Shown here: piece after piece, positions 1 through 17,900 of the stretch
Layout of the letters: each line of letters starts with the position of its first letter
How positions within the stretch are numbered: the first letter of the stretch is position 1
Origin: Trichoplax adhaerens
Taxonomy: Eukaryota; Animalia; Placozoa
NCBI RefSeq assembly: GCF_000150275.1
Contig: NW_002060945.1
Span: 4,699,397-4,763,396, forward strand
Reading direction: 5' to 3'
Length of the DNA stretch: 64,000 bases
Made by a program: the position numbers and the translations under genes
Notes under the pieces: generated by a model
Databases searched by the model: none
Seen by the model: only the letters and a program-made list of their open reading frames with translations
Told to the model about the DNA's origin: nothing

Positions 1-94
1 ATAATAAGATTCATTTAAGCTTAATTTAGAAAAAATTAGTCAATTCAAAATCCAACGTCAGCGTAGTACAGTGGTTAGTTCATTCATTTACTAC

Positions 95-190
95 CATCAC
101 GAACTGTCTGCACAGTGTGTTGACGAGATGAGGCCGAAAATAGCTGTCCGTCCAAGAGGGATCAGTCTGGGTTTTCTTCCAGTAGTCCAT
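95..190 (-). CDS. Possible first coding exon of an unidentified gene continuing beyond the left window edge
   Basis: GC-richer segment; ATG at 190 gives MDYWKKTQTDPSWTDSYFRPHLVNTLCRQFVM, followed by GT donor candidates at 94 and 91; CAGTAC-type motifs upstream (~290-390) as seen before the other housekeeping genes. No homology recognised. Confidence 0.25.
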
Positions 191-884
191 GTAGTGTAAC
201 CTCGCTAATGTTATGAACAGGAAGTAAAATAACTTCGGGTGGGCCTCTGTAAATGATGCCAAAATTAATACAAGTTCATAGACTTGCATGCTAGTGCAGT
301 ACAGTACAATAGTCACTTTTGCAAACGTGCAGTGCGCTGATGACGCCTTAATACTGTATGATTTAATGCCTGCCCAAAAGTACGAGTACAGTAAATAGCA
401 ATGCGTGTCAAATTTATCTTTACAGATTACAACATTCCACTCTTTTAAAGTATAACCGTCATATGGTCATATTAAAGCCTTCTATAACCAAGTATCTAAA
501 AACAATGATGTGACAGATTATTTTTATTTACTAACTGTACCAGTAAGAGAAAAATTGGTGAATTACTTAATGTAATTTACAGTTAATATATAAGATTAGA
601 AATATATGAGCAAACAAACAACAATTTCAACCATATCAACGATCAGTAATCAGTCAATGCAATTCTATTAAATTAACCGAAAAGAAGACAAGTAAATCAG
701 TTGATTCGGTCGTAGATGCCCGTATAATGACAATATATGATTTCATAGTACGTACCGATACTGAAAGGTGACATAACATTGTAGAGTTACATCCATATTG
801 TGTTTAATTAAACCGAGCTAAGGGTCTCTAAAAAGCATAACTCAAAAAATAGTATCATCTAAATATTTCCTTAAACTGATTCTT

Positions 885-4827
<3,943 letters not shown>

Positions 4828-4842
4828 ATGAGAAAAGGCAAA

Positions 4843-7800
4843 ATGGTGAAAGACGGGTCAAATAATGTACCTAGCCTACGCCCAACTTCTATTTGGGGCC
4901 AAGATAGAAAATTCATTTATTTAACCTTGAATCTGACAGACGCGAAAGTAAGTCAATGTGTGCAAGACCTTTAATAATTCCGCAAGTACAGTAGTTTGTT
5001 ATGGAAAGTATTGATAATCAAGTCTTTATACATGCATTTATAATATTTTGCAGATACTTAGTTGATTTAGTCAGTTTGAGTTACTGTACCGTAATTTAAA
5101 ATATAGTGAAAGTTATTACCATGTTTCTAATTCAAACTTTATTGTATATGCACGATCTATGCAGTATGCAACAGTCAGAATAAGGCCGGACTCGTTATTT
5201 TTTAAAGGTTTGCTAACTGTGCAATTAATTTCTAAGCTTTTACCATTTTGGACGCTGCCTGTACTGTGTAATTGATAGTATCTATTTCAGATTGACAATA
5301 AGTTTCTATTCGGACTTTTACCTCTTATTGTTAAATTACTCTAAATAAGTTTCATAACTTACTTGGATAGATAGAACAATCATTTGTCTATTAATTATAT
5401 TAATTATAATTATTACTCCGATATACAGTACGTAGAATAACGAAGCAGCTAAGCACTATATACGAGTTCGTATTAAATTGATGTTAATTCTTAATTGTAT
5501 TGGAAGTGAATAGAAATTGTAGCCCCTGTTGTAGGTGATCTCTTTCTGTAAATAATTCGTAAATGATACTTGAACTCAATGAACTGTGGTACTCTATTCC
5601 TTGTAATGCTATGGATGTTGGCATTAAATCTATGAATCTGAGGTTGATCTACTACAACGTTTGTAAACATGCTAACCGCGCATGCAATCCCCCCATATAC
5701 CATTCAAATTATTAAATTCACTTATCGCAACTTAGTAACTCTGATTATACTGTTGTTATGCATTTTTTATTTCGATTTTGTATCTATGACCATAAAATTC
5801 AATTTTTCATTCTTATTGATGTACAGCTAATGGTATCGGTGCTAATGGTAAACATGATTATTGTCTCGATTTTGAATTCTACAAGCCTTTGCAGCCAACT
5901 GTAAGTAATGTCCTTGGTTTGTGCGATCGTTAGTCTTTACTCAATTTTGTAAAGTCTTTTTTAATCGTATAGGTTTCTCTCTGATAGTATACATATCAAC
6001 TTACTATACTATATCTTATCAATATTTGCATTATTTAAAGTTGTGAAATCTCACTTACACAGAAATCAACTTAAATATGTACAGTATACTATTTGCTATA
6101 ACGTTACTTGTAAGAGTATTATGAGGTCATACTGTAGTATTGCATCATTTAGGGAAATACTTACAAAATTTTGGGCAGAACGGTTGAATTCAAACTTTTG
6201 AAGGATAAAGTCGGTAAGGGTTTAAATCTCTTTGCTTGAAAGAGCATTCACTGTACTAGTAAATGTGACTAAATTACTCAGTAATTGAGACGATTGAGAT
6301 ATAATCAATTTACCTTATTACTACGGTATTTTGTACTTGAAACGCGGCCCAATTTTTCTTTTTATGTAATTTTTATCCTCACAAATCCCAAAGTAGTATA
6401 GATGTGAACAGTATATACTCATCCATAAAACAGTGTAATTATTTTAATAGGGGAACATTGGCAGCAGTTGTGCAAGGACCAACCAAAGCCAAGCTGGCTA
6501 AAAGTCGACTTTGACAAATTTTTTGTTGAAGATGAAGAAGATGAAGAAGAAACTGATAATGTAGGCTTTAAGGGTAGCTATTTCTGTGATGGAGATTTTA
6601 TCTACTAATATTCATCATATATACACGTATATACCTATACACGCTAGGCAAAAAGCGAAGTTGATAAAGTCATTCCTCAACTAGTTGACGCTGAAGTTCA
6701 AAAACTTCAGCAACAAGGTTTTGTATTATTTTTTGCACTTCAGTTTATGGCCATTAATGGTGCTGTTACTAATCTGATAATGTAATAGCATATGTAAACT
6801 GATGTAGCAATTACTTTATTACTATATTAATTTTTTATAATTCACAGTTCTAGGTCAAATTAAAGTTGGTTATCTAGTCTTTTATAATCTGCTTCAGGCA
6901 GTTTGCTTTTCCATTATCACGGGCACAATCTTAAGCAGAATAATTGCGGATCCCTATGGTATAATTACAATTTGATTTAATGATTTTATTTGCGTTCTAA
7001 ACGTTAAATACCTAACTAAAGTGCAGTTAATTAAATATTACATACACTTAAGATATTTACATATTTATAACTGTATATACTGAAAGTCTACTTCTTCAAT
7101 TCGGTATCTAGATTTTCATGTTGGAACATACGATATTACTGGATCATATATGAAATTTTGTCAAGCACTTGCGGTACTTGAAGTCATTCATCCTCTCCTT
7201 GGTATCGTGAAATCAGGCGTACTAACACCTGCTATACAAGTATGCTAATGGTCTATTTAAATTGTAATCTTTAACCTTTTCTTAACGGAATGAATTAGTG
7301 ATATTATTGCTCATTACTTATACGAGGTTTTCGGTCGCAATATGGTATTGTTCATGATAATTTCACCGCAAGAAAGTATTCATGGTGAAAAGATTGTGAT
7401 ACTTCTATTTTTGGCATGGTCGCTAATCGAAGTTATTAGGTAATTCACCTGATTTGCTCAAAATAATTTAATAATATTACTCATCAAAAGGCCAATACTT
7501 GCAATCAAAGTAAATTTATTTTAAAAATACGAATAGATATCCCCAGTATGCCCTTAGCGTTATCAACTATCCAATCCGTATTATTACATGGTTACGATAT
7601 ACGGCTTGGATACCACTGTACCCGGTTGGATTTTATCTCGAAGGTTAGTTAAGCACAATGTATCTGAAGCTTTTTAAGGACACATCAGTAATAGTCCGAA
7701 TATGTACTATTCCTGACTTTAATACATTTGATATTTGAAGGAGCCGTAATATGGCGGTCTATACCATTTTACCGTGAAACTGGTTATTTTTCTCTTTCAC

Positions 7801-8107
7801 TTCCTAATCCCTACAATTTTATCTTTAACTTCTCGACTTATCTTATATTTCATCTCTCCATGCTAATAATTGGTACAGTATATCTTCTATGAATAATATT
7901 TAATTGAATGTGTTACTTTTTAGATTTAAAATACCCTAATATATCAGCGTCGATATAATAGTATATGGTTTTACCGATGCATTATCTAATCAGCATTTCA
8001 TATCGGTTGATATAGGAGGTATGTACATGTACAAACATATGTTCAAGCAGCGAACTAAACATCTCAAGAATATTTCTGGTACCTCTACGTCAAAAAAGAA
8101 ATCTTAA
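4843..8107 (+). CDS. HACD3: Very-long-chain 3-hydroxyacyl-CoA dehydratase with N-terminal CS (p23-like) domain (HACD3/PTPLAD1), 12 exons, ~381 aa
   Basis: Exons 4843-4947, 5165-5207, 5827-5900, 6153-6213, 6451-6560, 6648-6717, 6848-6958, 7112-7239, 7327-7439, 7537-7643, 7741-7872, 8016-8107, phase-consistent (1146 nt; alternative in-frame ATG at 4828). CS domain: LRPTSIWGQDRKFIYL, GIGANGKHDY, WLKVDFDKF. PTPLA domain: GYLVFYNLLQ, WSLIEVIRYP, TWLRYTAWIPLYPVGFYLE. C-terminal KKKS dilysine ER-retrieval motif. Confidence 0.95.
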
Positions 8108-8947
8108 TTTATTATACTATACAATTAATTATCAAGAATTATCTTCAGTTTTCAGTAGTGAAATCTCTCCCCTTAACTAGATATTTCACTCTGCTGTTCA
8201 TAATTGCATAGTATCGACTGATGATAATAACCGATAGTATAACACTATCTTACATAAGCAATATTCATCCATATTAATTAAGTAGGTTTATTATTATTTC
8301 CAAACAACTTGCTGATATGCTTCTTTGTTAAGGTGAATTGCTTTTTTATGGCATATAAATTTACGAAAGTTAAAGGATGGCGTGAATGAAACGATTATGC
8401 CCTTATTAGTGCTAAATTTATTGTAGTTCCTATTATCATTGATCTGAGATATCATAGAGTATTCTCAATTTTGTTATATGTAGTGCATTGGATTATGTAT
8501 GTTGTTCTAAGATATGGTTGTAATAGATGATTTATTAAAGTTCTTTGCGAATTAAACCATATAAGTAAAAATTTCGCTAAAAGATATACTAGATATTAGT
8601 ACTATTTGTTAAGCGGAATTTTAGCATCAATAAAGATGGTTAGCATTTTAAGATATAAATACAGTACTATAGGAGCTTAATTCGAATAGTGTATAGTAAT
8701 TACATATTTTAGAGCTAAATTTTAAGTTATTCGGATTATACAGTACTGTAAATCGCGTTGTTGTCCAGTCAGCCTGTATTGGCTGATCACACAGACTGAC
8801 CGGGAGTCTTGGACACTATCATACATTACATGGTTACTTATTCGAAACCTATTGGTCACTAAGATAAAATGATCCAGTCTGATTTCCAATTAAATGGACG
8901 TTGCAGTAAATTTTCATTAACTTCAAATCCATTATCTCTTGACCAGC

Positions 8948-9879
8948 TCAAGATACCCGAGTATCATCGGGGCGCGGCGATGGATCTCTTCTAGCTTCCT
9001 TCAAATCAGATGAGTAATGTAAGGACGTTCTTGCCAAATTTTGCATAAAGAGGAAGCTTTTTTTTACATCAAAATTTTCAACTGTCCTGAAAAGTGACAG
9101 TTAATGCAGTATTGACAATCAATCATTTCGATATGTAAAAGATAGAAAAAGCAATCATTAATATCGTCATTTAACTTACTGCAGTGCGTAGTCGGCATCG
9201 AAAGATTTGCCTTCTATGCTGCGTTCTATGGTTGTAACTTCAATCTGCAGTATATAAATTACTGTTATTAAAATTTCTCTTAAATCAGTAATATTCGCAC
9301 TTACATACGCTCATACTACTTATTGCAATTAAACAGTTCTATTTATTACATTACTAATGCAATGTGCAAATGTAGGCGTACTGGGCATACAGTACTCGAA
9401 TGCCATCATATACTCTAGACAAAATTGCGACCGGAGTTTTAGGATTACAAACCTTCACTTCAATCAAAATAGGTAAAGTCTTCCTGACATGTTCTTGTAA
9501 TCGGAACATCCCCAGACTAGGTTCGTTTGCCAATATGTGGAGGCACTCAGAAAATTTGTCTGTCACTTGAAATTGGGATTAAAATAAAAATTATTAATTA
9601 ATTATATGACCACCAAACCTTACGGGATTGGTGTCTGTTAACTGTTGAGGGATTCTTGCTATGTAAGACAGGCGAACATGATTTGCAAATGCATAACGTG
9701 CTGTACTTTCATATTGATAGTTCGAGACCACAATGGAGGTATAACTCTGCTACAGTTTTATTAAGGAAACTTCTACTAGAGAATGAATTCTTGAACTTGG
9801 ATATTTACGAATAAGAATAAACTTACTATACTGTACCTTTTTTTGTTTTTGATGACGTATCACCGTCAGTATCGTTCAT
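8948..9879 (-). CDS. BORCS8: BLOC-1-related complex subunit 8 (MEF2BNB), 4 coding exons, ~119 aa
   Basis: Exons 9837-9879, 9453-9565, 9180-9244, 8948-9086 (360 nt). KKVTDKFSECLHILANEPSLGMFRLQEHVRKTLP matches the BORCS8 signature KKVTDKF...LANEPS...RLQEHVRRSLP. A splice acceptor ~10 nt before the ATG implies a 5' UTR intron. Confidence 0.93.
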
Positions 9880-10877
9880 TTGAACAGGCTGTAATAAGAT
9901 ACCACACGGTATTAGAATGAAATTCACAAATCTCCGATAATAAATAAATAATAATAATAATATAATTACTGTGGAGTCAATGCTAGACCACCATTACTAA
10001 GCGATTTACGAGCTGGTTTAATCAGCCGTAGAAGAGTTTGTAACTTGTAGTAAAGCATAAAATGTATGTTTCTATCAACGTATTTAATTACTGTATATTC
10101 TACAGAGTCCACGCACGAGAATACTGTACAAGTATTCAAAGCAGTGCAACCCTCAATCAAATTGTATCCTCGCTAATGTTGAAACTATAATAATGTCAAG
10201 TATTATATGCTTTCCTATCAATCATTAATCATCCTCAAGGCTAGTTTCAATTGATGATAATTCATCTACCTGGACCTATATGACCTAAGCTCATTTAGGC
10301 TCGGACCGAAGCTAATCATCTTTGCAATATTTATTTAGGCAAAGTCAGCTACGATATGTTACATTCAGTAGCTATTGCATTAATTACGTTTATTGCACTG
10401 TAAATACAGGTTTTACTAGCTACTTACTGTAATTTACCACAAAGGTAGTTGTAGCAGCAGCACCCAAATACGTTTACAAACGATACTTTACCTCCAACAA
10501 AGTACAGTATTCGTAAAGTACTTGTCAAAGTAATTCAACAATTTTAATCGGAAATTTTGTTGTAAAAACATTAAACTGATTCCACTGTGCACGCTTGTAA
10601 TATTGGTAGTGGACCGTACTTTATGTGCAATACTAATAATAATAATCATTACATGATAAGTGCAATTATAAAATCAAATTTCAAATTGTAAACGAGGAAA
10701 GAAATTGTAATACAAACTTATCCTTACATCAACCGGGGCCATTTCTGACAATTTTAAGCCAGGTATAAGTTATTATAAATCGATCAGCTTTGCACTGTTT
10801 ACCATTCCAAAAATATAATATACAGTAGAAATTGCAATTTTAATTTGATCCAGTTGTCATTTTTATCACCTTTATAC

Positions 10878-11030
10878 CGTACTGACAGACGTTTAATCTT
10901 GTATTATACTGTACTGTACAGTACTGTAGCTTGCAATGATGTAAAATACTGTACAGTACAGCAGAGACCCTCAGAGACTCTACTTGTACTGTACTGAACA
11001 GTATTATCTACGATATACTGTATACAGTAT
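10878..11030. repeat. Cluster of TACAG/CTGTA pentamer motifs upstream of BORCS8
   Basis: Runs such as tactgtactgtacagtactgtag, tactgtacagtacag, tgtactgtactg, tactgtatacagtat. Confidence 0.7.
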
Positions 11031-11984
11031 ATATATATATTTTATTTTATAGTCTGTCTATCCGCACGCCTGTATGATCAAAAGAAACTCTCTAGTCTAT
11101 ACTCTCTAATGCAGGCTGACACGGTTCAGGTACCTATAAATCTTCTATTGGAACTTAATGTTGCAAAAGCTACTAACCAAAACAGCAGCAATTTTAGAAT
11201 CATGCATAGAAAGCTTTATATCTGATAATGTAACGATAAAATCTAAGAATACTGCTATGAAATAGGGTAGAGTATATGAATTAAAGTGTAATATTTGTAA
11301 CAACTTTACGTATGATCTCTCGGAAGTTTTACCCTTACGTACAATAAGACTAATACATCAATATTTAATAAAGATACATAAATTTTATACGAAAATTTGT
11401 ATTCATCGCAAAAACTGTGTGAAACTCGCTTATCATCATATCACAGTTATCAACCAAATTTAATTTTGTTTTACTTTAGCACACCTGTATTTAGCAGACA
11501 TGCTAAGTGTGTAAATAATTTACACCTGATTTAATAATATTACTGTATAATTTATTACAGTACTATAATTTATTTCGCTATGCTATACAGTCTGAATAGG
11601 ACAGCGTAATTTGCGAAACGAATTGATTTAGCTAATATTCTGCATGTAGACGATGCCATTAACCATTTCATGACTTGGTAATAGCTAACTAACATAAAAT
11701 AATAAGTACATCACGAAAATAGCTTACAGAAGTATCTTTACAAATTATACATTAAAAGTAATCATAGGACCATAAATAGTCGTCCAATATCAAAATAAAA
11801 TACTGAAGTGAAACAGTTAGTGGTTCTATTTAATATATGTACTAGATGCTCGTGTATATTACAGTGTCATTTCTAATCCTCAGCAGGTAGAATTCTCTCT
11901 TGCAGTCTTTTATGGATAAATGAACATAAATAATTACTGTCAGGTGACACTTCACAATTCGTTAAAGCGGGTAACACATGTCAA

Positions 11985-14900
11985 CTAATCGTAATCCTCT
12001 TCATATGGGTCATCTCCGTAATAATCTGACATAGAAAAGATTTATTGACTACGTGAAGACTGTGTAATCGAATTTACAAGTAGGAAAATCTTAAATTAGT
12101 CAAACCTTCTTGATTGCCGTTATAAGTTTTGGTCCGCTTCCTACGGTAGCTACCCCTGGAACCCCTAGATCCTCTAGGACCTCTACCACGACGACCCCGA
12201 TATGATCTTTTCGTTCCGTTTTCATTCCAGTTCGAAGTAGTGGCTGCAGATGTATCATCGACCCATTTGAAAAACGTACACTGATTCCCTTGTGGTTTAG
12301 AGCAACAATAAAATTGTCGGCCTTTATTTGCACCCTCTTTTTGCACTGTACGGCTAATGAAAAAGTATTCGTAATTACAGATTTTTATTAATGAAAGGAT
12401 GTAATCTTTGACAATCCTAGCGCAGAACACGATATGAGAACTGTTTAATTTCATCTTACAAACCTAACCGCAGGAATATCACATAAACACTTGACGCAGC
12501 TATTATCTCCACTGATAGCAATAGATAGATGATAAAAGAGAGTTAGTAATACGACCTAAAAATTATTAATTTTTTCACATAAAGACCTAGTGTTTCCATC
12601 ATGAAGGCCGCTTGAACCAGGAAAAGCATTATTGGACGAAAAGGTACGACTGCCACTACTACCTCGTTGAGCTACATATTTTTTACAAAATTAATCTAAT
12701 GTTTAGAATAACATTTTAATATCTACCTAAAAATTAGGCCGAAGTACTTGTATTTGAAAATCTTTGAAGGTTGTAAAGTGTAGAGGCTAAATGATCTCTT
12801 ACCTTGGTTTTGCGGTTCATCCGCCCATAAAAAGAAACCACATGCAGAGCTATCACGCTTATTGCATTTGTAGAATTGTCGACCTTACCAAAACGTATAA
12901 AAATAATTAGCTAATGTTCAAATTTTTCATAAAGGGAAAATTATTTTCGTCATACGTATACTATACAAATCCACCAATTATACGTTATAAGCTCGGCGTA
13001 CCACAATTTGGTCCTTGTTTCTTGACCGTTAGCAAAATAGCTTCCTCTTCACAGTTGCACACAATTTCATTGCCAGCTTAACCAACACAAGAGGAAAATA
13101 CAAGTATAGTTACAGTACCGCAAGGTCAATATTTACAATTTCTTTGCAATTATGGTGTCTATACCTTGTCCGTCATTGTTTCGATAAGTTGAAAAACCTG
13201 TGGAAGAATTTGATTTTCTATTTCTGCTATTATCTCTGTTACCACCAAAATTAGATCTGTTTCTAGGATATCTACTATTTGATCGATTATTATTATCTCC
13301 AATGTGATCAACGGTAGGCCGTGAAAATGTATTATGAGTGTTTGTTTGAGTTGGTCCATCACTTGGTGGATCATCTAATAAACAAGTACTGCTATATAAG
13401 TTCGTAAATCTAAGATCAATTTACGAATTTACGAATTTACTGTATATGGTTTTACCCTGAAAATTATCCATGATTTGGTCAGATTCGTTAATTAAGTATT
13501 TTGAAAGAGCCACATCAAGTTTAGTGGCCTATGAAAAAAATTTTATGCGATCCGTTCATGTAAACAATTAAATATGTATTAGAGATTGCTATATTTCATA
13601 AAAGGTAACTACTGCTACTACATAGCAAGTACATGATTGTAGTTTACCTCAGCAGCAGCTTTAACAAATACTTCCTTATATTTTGTTATCTGCTCTTGGA
13701 GGACTTCTAGATTTTTAAAAATAATTGTGCAGTAATAATATTTTAGTATAAGAAACAACTAAAAGGTGATATAAAAATATAAGTAAAGCACCTGTTTTAT
13801 TTCTCGTTCCTTCACATATTCTGTTAAAATTAAGTATTAAATACAGGGTTTTAAAGCCTTTATTCATCACGTTAACTTATTTTATTGATAAACTAAACAC
13901 CTTTTCAGGCCAGCTTCTAGTTCTGCCCTCAGTTTGGGTTTTGACATCTCGAACCCCATGGAGTCATAACCTGAATAAACGTTAATGAAAACTAAAATAA
14001 ATATGATTTCCGAATGAATTTCTTCACTAGAATCATCACCTTCCACTAATCCTATACCAAGTTCGCCCGGTACAAAGCGGCCGTTTTGTACCGCCACGTA
14101 TTTACGTGCTTTTATCGTTTCAATATGTTCGGCATGTGTTGCATCAGTCCCTTATAATGTTGAAATAGTATCTTAGAAGATTGATACGCCTATAGTAGCC
14201 ACAACCTTAAGTGGATATCCTTACCAATTCCGTTTTTATCCATAAGGTCAATCAAATTTGATTCCGTAAGAAGGGGAGGAGGTTCTGTGCGACCTTCTAC
14301 CATCTGTAAGGGAAGAAACTATATTAATAAAAGTGGCCTTGCTTACAATATCTTTGGGGTATATTAAAATTGAGAATTACCGATATGTTAGTTGGTTGAA
14401 ATTGTTGGCCTTCAACGAACGCCGGCAGGGGCTGTTAAAATTGTTAACGTATAATCAAGCCTGACATAGAACAGATCTTATAGCAATTGATAATTTTTTA
14501 TTTATTCCACCTTATCTGACCAACGATCATATGGGTAAACTTCCAAATAATTTTTAGCAATTATGATCAAACCCTGTACAGCAAACTGCAAATTGGATAG
14601 TTATCAACATTTTAATAAGCGCTTAAATTTCAGTCTATACTCTACTTTTTCAACTGTGGATTAGCATCCATTAAAAAATCCTATATTGCTTAACTACCGG
14701 CTGCATACGAATGTACAAATCTTATGTAAGGTAAAACTCACTAGTTCGCGGGCGATTGTAATTTCAACTATAGTTTCTGATCCTTCAGCATCCTAAGAAA
14801 ATGATAGACAATGAGATAAATACCTACTAAAAATATACAATATTAGTAATAAACGAAATAAAGCCATTGTTCACCTGAGAGCAGCACGCTAAGAAGTGTC

Positions 14901-17900
14901 TGACTACTAGTTCGTAAATTCGCTTTTCATTTCCCTGTAATTAAAATCATATATCCAGTATGCTTAAAAGCAAAAATATCATTCAGCTTACGCATATCAC
15001 CTGTAAAGTATTAGTAAATTTAGTAGGATGAATAGGTGGATGGGCGTTATCAGTTTTCTTCCCCCATCTTGGAGTTGGTCCTCTCTCGACTAGACTTTTA
15101 GCAAAATCTAAGAACACTTTATTAGAATTAAGTTGCAATATTGAGAAAACCTATTCAGCTGTACCTCCCCATTCGCTACTTTCAGTCTGATATTCAATAA
15201 GCTGTCTCAGATTCATCGATGATGGAAACTGGTTTGTTTCAGTTCTTGGGTAACTGATAAATCTGAATTTAATGTCATGGAGATAGTTGGCCATTACTTA
15301 CTCAGAATCTTAAAGAATACAAGAATATAAGTGTGGTCCAAACTTACCCTCGATTATATAATTTTTCTGCAATTTTCATAGCTTCTTTAGCACCGATTTT
15401 TAACTTCCGTGAAACCAATTTCTCAAACTCCTAAAGAATCATGTGTTCAAATATTGTACGCGACTCTTATAATTAATTAGATTAGAACTATTGCCTAACC
15501 ACAGTATCCAGCGGTAATGGTCTCCATTTGCTTTTTGGCTTACTAACAACACTTGTAACCGTTGCTAAAGGATTCTGAATAAAAAAATTAACATAGCAAG
15601 TTACAGGTTAACCTTTGTAATTATAATACAGTACTGCCACGATGAGAAAATATTGTACCTCTAAACAGATTTGATGGATAACTTCACATGCGTGACGATA
15701 GAATAATCGAACTCTAATCATAAGTTTGGTTTAATCAGAAAATTTGCTGTGAACAAAACGAAGCTACGCATACATAACGTAATGTAGATATGCAATTCTA
15801 GCAGATTGTACCGCTATGGCCATACAATCACTGTGTATACCTCTTCCAATTAAAATCAATGACTCCATCCTCAGTATCAAGGGTAACTAAAATTAAAAAA
15901 GGTAACAATGGAGCCCACACATTTTACAGCCAAATTTAACTTAGAATGGATCATGATATCAAAGATGGGTAGGATGAACCATGACAAACCTTTAATCTTA
16001 TAGAAATCTTCAGATATAAAAGCATCGATTTCCTTGAACTAAATTTTTATAGATTCCGAAATTAGTAATTGTTGTTTTCTTGCTATTGGTGTGATACATA
16101 ATGATTCCGAATTTTTACCCGTGAGACTACAAAACCAAGCGTGGGAAATTGACAACTTCCTACAATATGGCAATACCAGTATGGTTAGTAAAAAATACTT
16201 TTTAGTTTTAGGTTAAATCTAAAACTTTTTTAATATATATTGCCTAACCATAACTAATCAGTTGATCTTTTAGATGAGCTGCAAATATTCTCTGTAAGCG
16301 TAAAGTTTGAAACCTCGTGAAAGCAGCTCCTAAAAATTAATAGAAATAGTAAATGCTATCAATATTATAATACTTAATGAATATCAGCTAATTAGAATAT
16401 ACAGTAGAACATGGTATAAAAACTAAGCCTACATTATTGAACATTTGCTTTACTGTATTTTATAATATTATGCAATACAAATTATACAAAGCTACTATTA
16501 GTAGTTGACATACCAATTCTTAAATCCAATTCCTGTCTAACATCAACTGCGTCTGATTGCAAATTATCTGGGCGCGTTAAATTTTCACATGCCCTCATGA
16601 TTGATCTTGTTTTCAAATTAAATTTAGATAAATCTTTTATTACTTCAGATTATTTTAATTTGTATAGTAGTAAATGCTAAGGAAACTGAGATACCTATAG
16701 GTAATTTCCGAAAATCTTGCACGATGTATTTCGATTCTCGGCTTAACTGTTGTAAAAATCCCCCAAAAATAAATTGTTTAACACCGAATCAACTTAAAAT
16801 TTTATAACGTTGTATCTACGTATGTGATTAGATACTGACAGTAATTCGCATCACTTGCAGTTATATACAGTATTAGCTATTGCGAGCACAATATTCAATA
16901 AATCGTAATCTTTATGGATATACCTGCCTTACAAACACTGATAATCTCATGTCCAATATTTTCTCCTTCTCTATCTCCATCAGTCCAAATAATTAAAGTA
17001 TTACAATTACGGATCTCGCGTTCAAGTGTTTTCTACAGGTAAGACAAATTAAGAAAGCCGGTATATACGTACACTATATATATAGCAAGCTCGGAATATC
17101 ATAAAGGGTACATTGACATATTGGTGGGCCAAATATAAATGAACAGATCTGCTCGTATTCTAAAAAACGGTAGTTCTTGCTCAATATAGTAATGATATTA
17201 CTTGCTATCCATTAGCTACTTAAAACAAAATCTCAAGTCGGATAAGTGCCTGAAATACCTACTTATCGAGGATGATATACATGATATCGCCACATGAATA
17301 CTGATTAATTAATGATTTTAACCAAGAATTAGAGAAACACTATGTACTGTATATGATTGAATCCGTATATCCGATATGCGTACTTTATGATGTTAATACT
17401 GTGTAAATGTAGGCAAATCAAGTCTATTATATGCACGCAAATTACTGATTGTACAATGGAAGAGAGCATTATAGAGATACATGCAGGCAACAGATCTAAA
17501 TTGTCTTATATGTGAAGAGGTTATAGAATTAAAGCGAATGTTCTACTGTTACGTGTTTACGGTATATCATGTTACTTTTTTTATCTTTCTACATTTTTTA
17601 ATGTCCTTTATTGAAAAGTACATTATCCAACCTTAATAGGGATGTTAGTACCAGTGCAGAATTTTTGGACTTGGGCTTCGAATAACTCCACAGGTAAACA
17701 ACTATTCCTAAGCAGATACTCATAAATCAGAAAGTATGCTCACACTGCAAATCGTGCGCGCTTACGATTTAAAAAAATTCTGCTATACTCGTATGCATGA
17801 AATTAATTAGGAAATATCTATTCACTCTGTAAACTAGCTTTCAATTCGTTATCATACCACTTTTGAAAGTTGCTCAGAAAATCCATTGATAATAGATGAC

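Noticed and set aside
5563-5641. C/D box snoRNA candidate in HACD3 intron 2
   Set aside because: C box has two mismatches (ATGATAC), with no terminal stem or recognisable guide.
9719-9729. Pol III B-box-like AGTTCGAGACC in BORCS8 intron 1
   Set aside because: No convincing A box, cloverleaf or terminator; not a tRNA or SINE on present evidence.
12100-13374. ORFs 12100-12333 and 13159-13374
   Set aside because: Wrong-frame readings of TOP3A exons; the splice-phase-consistent frame gives the linker and GRF sequence.
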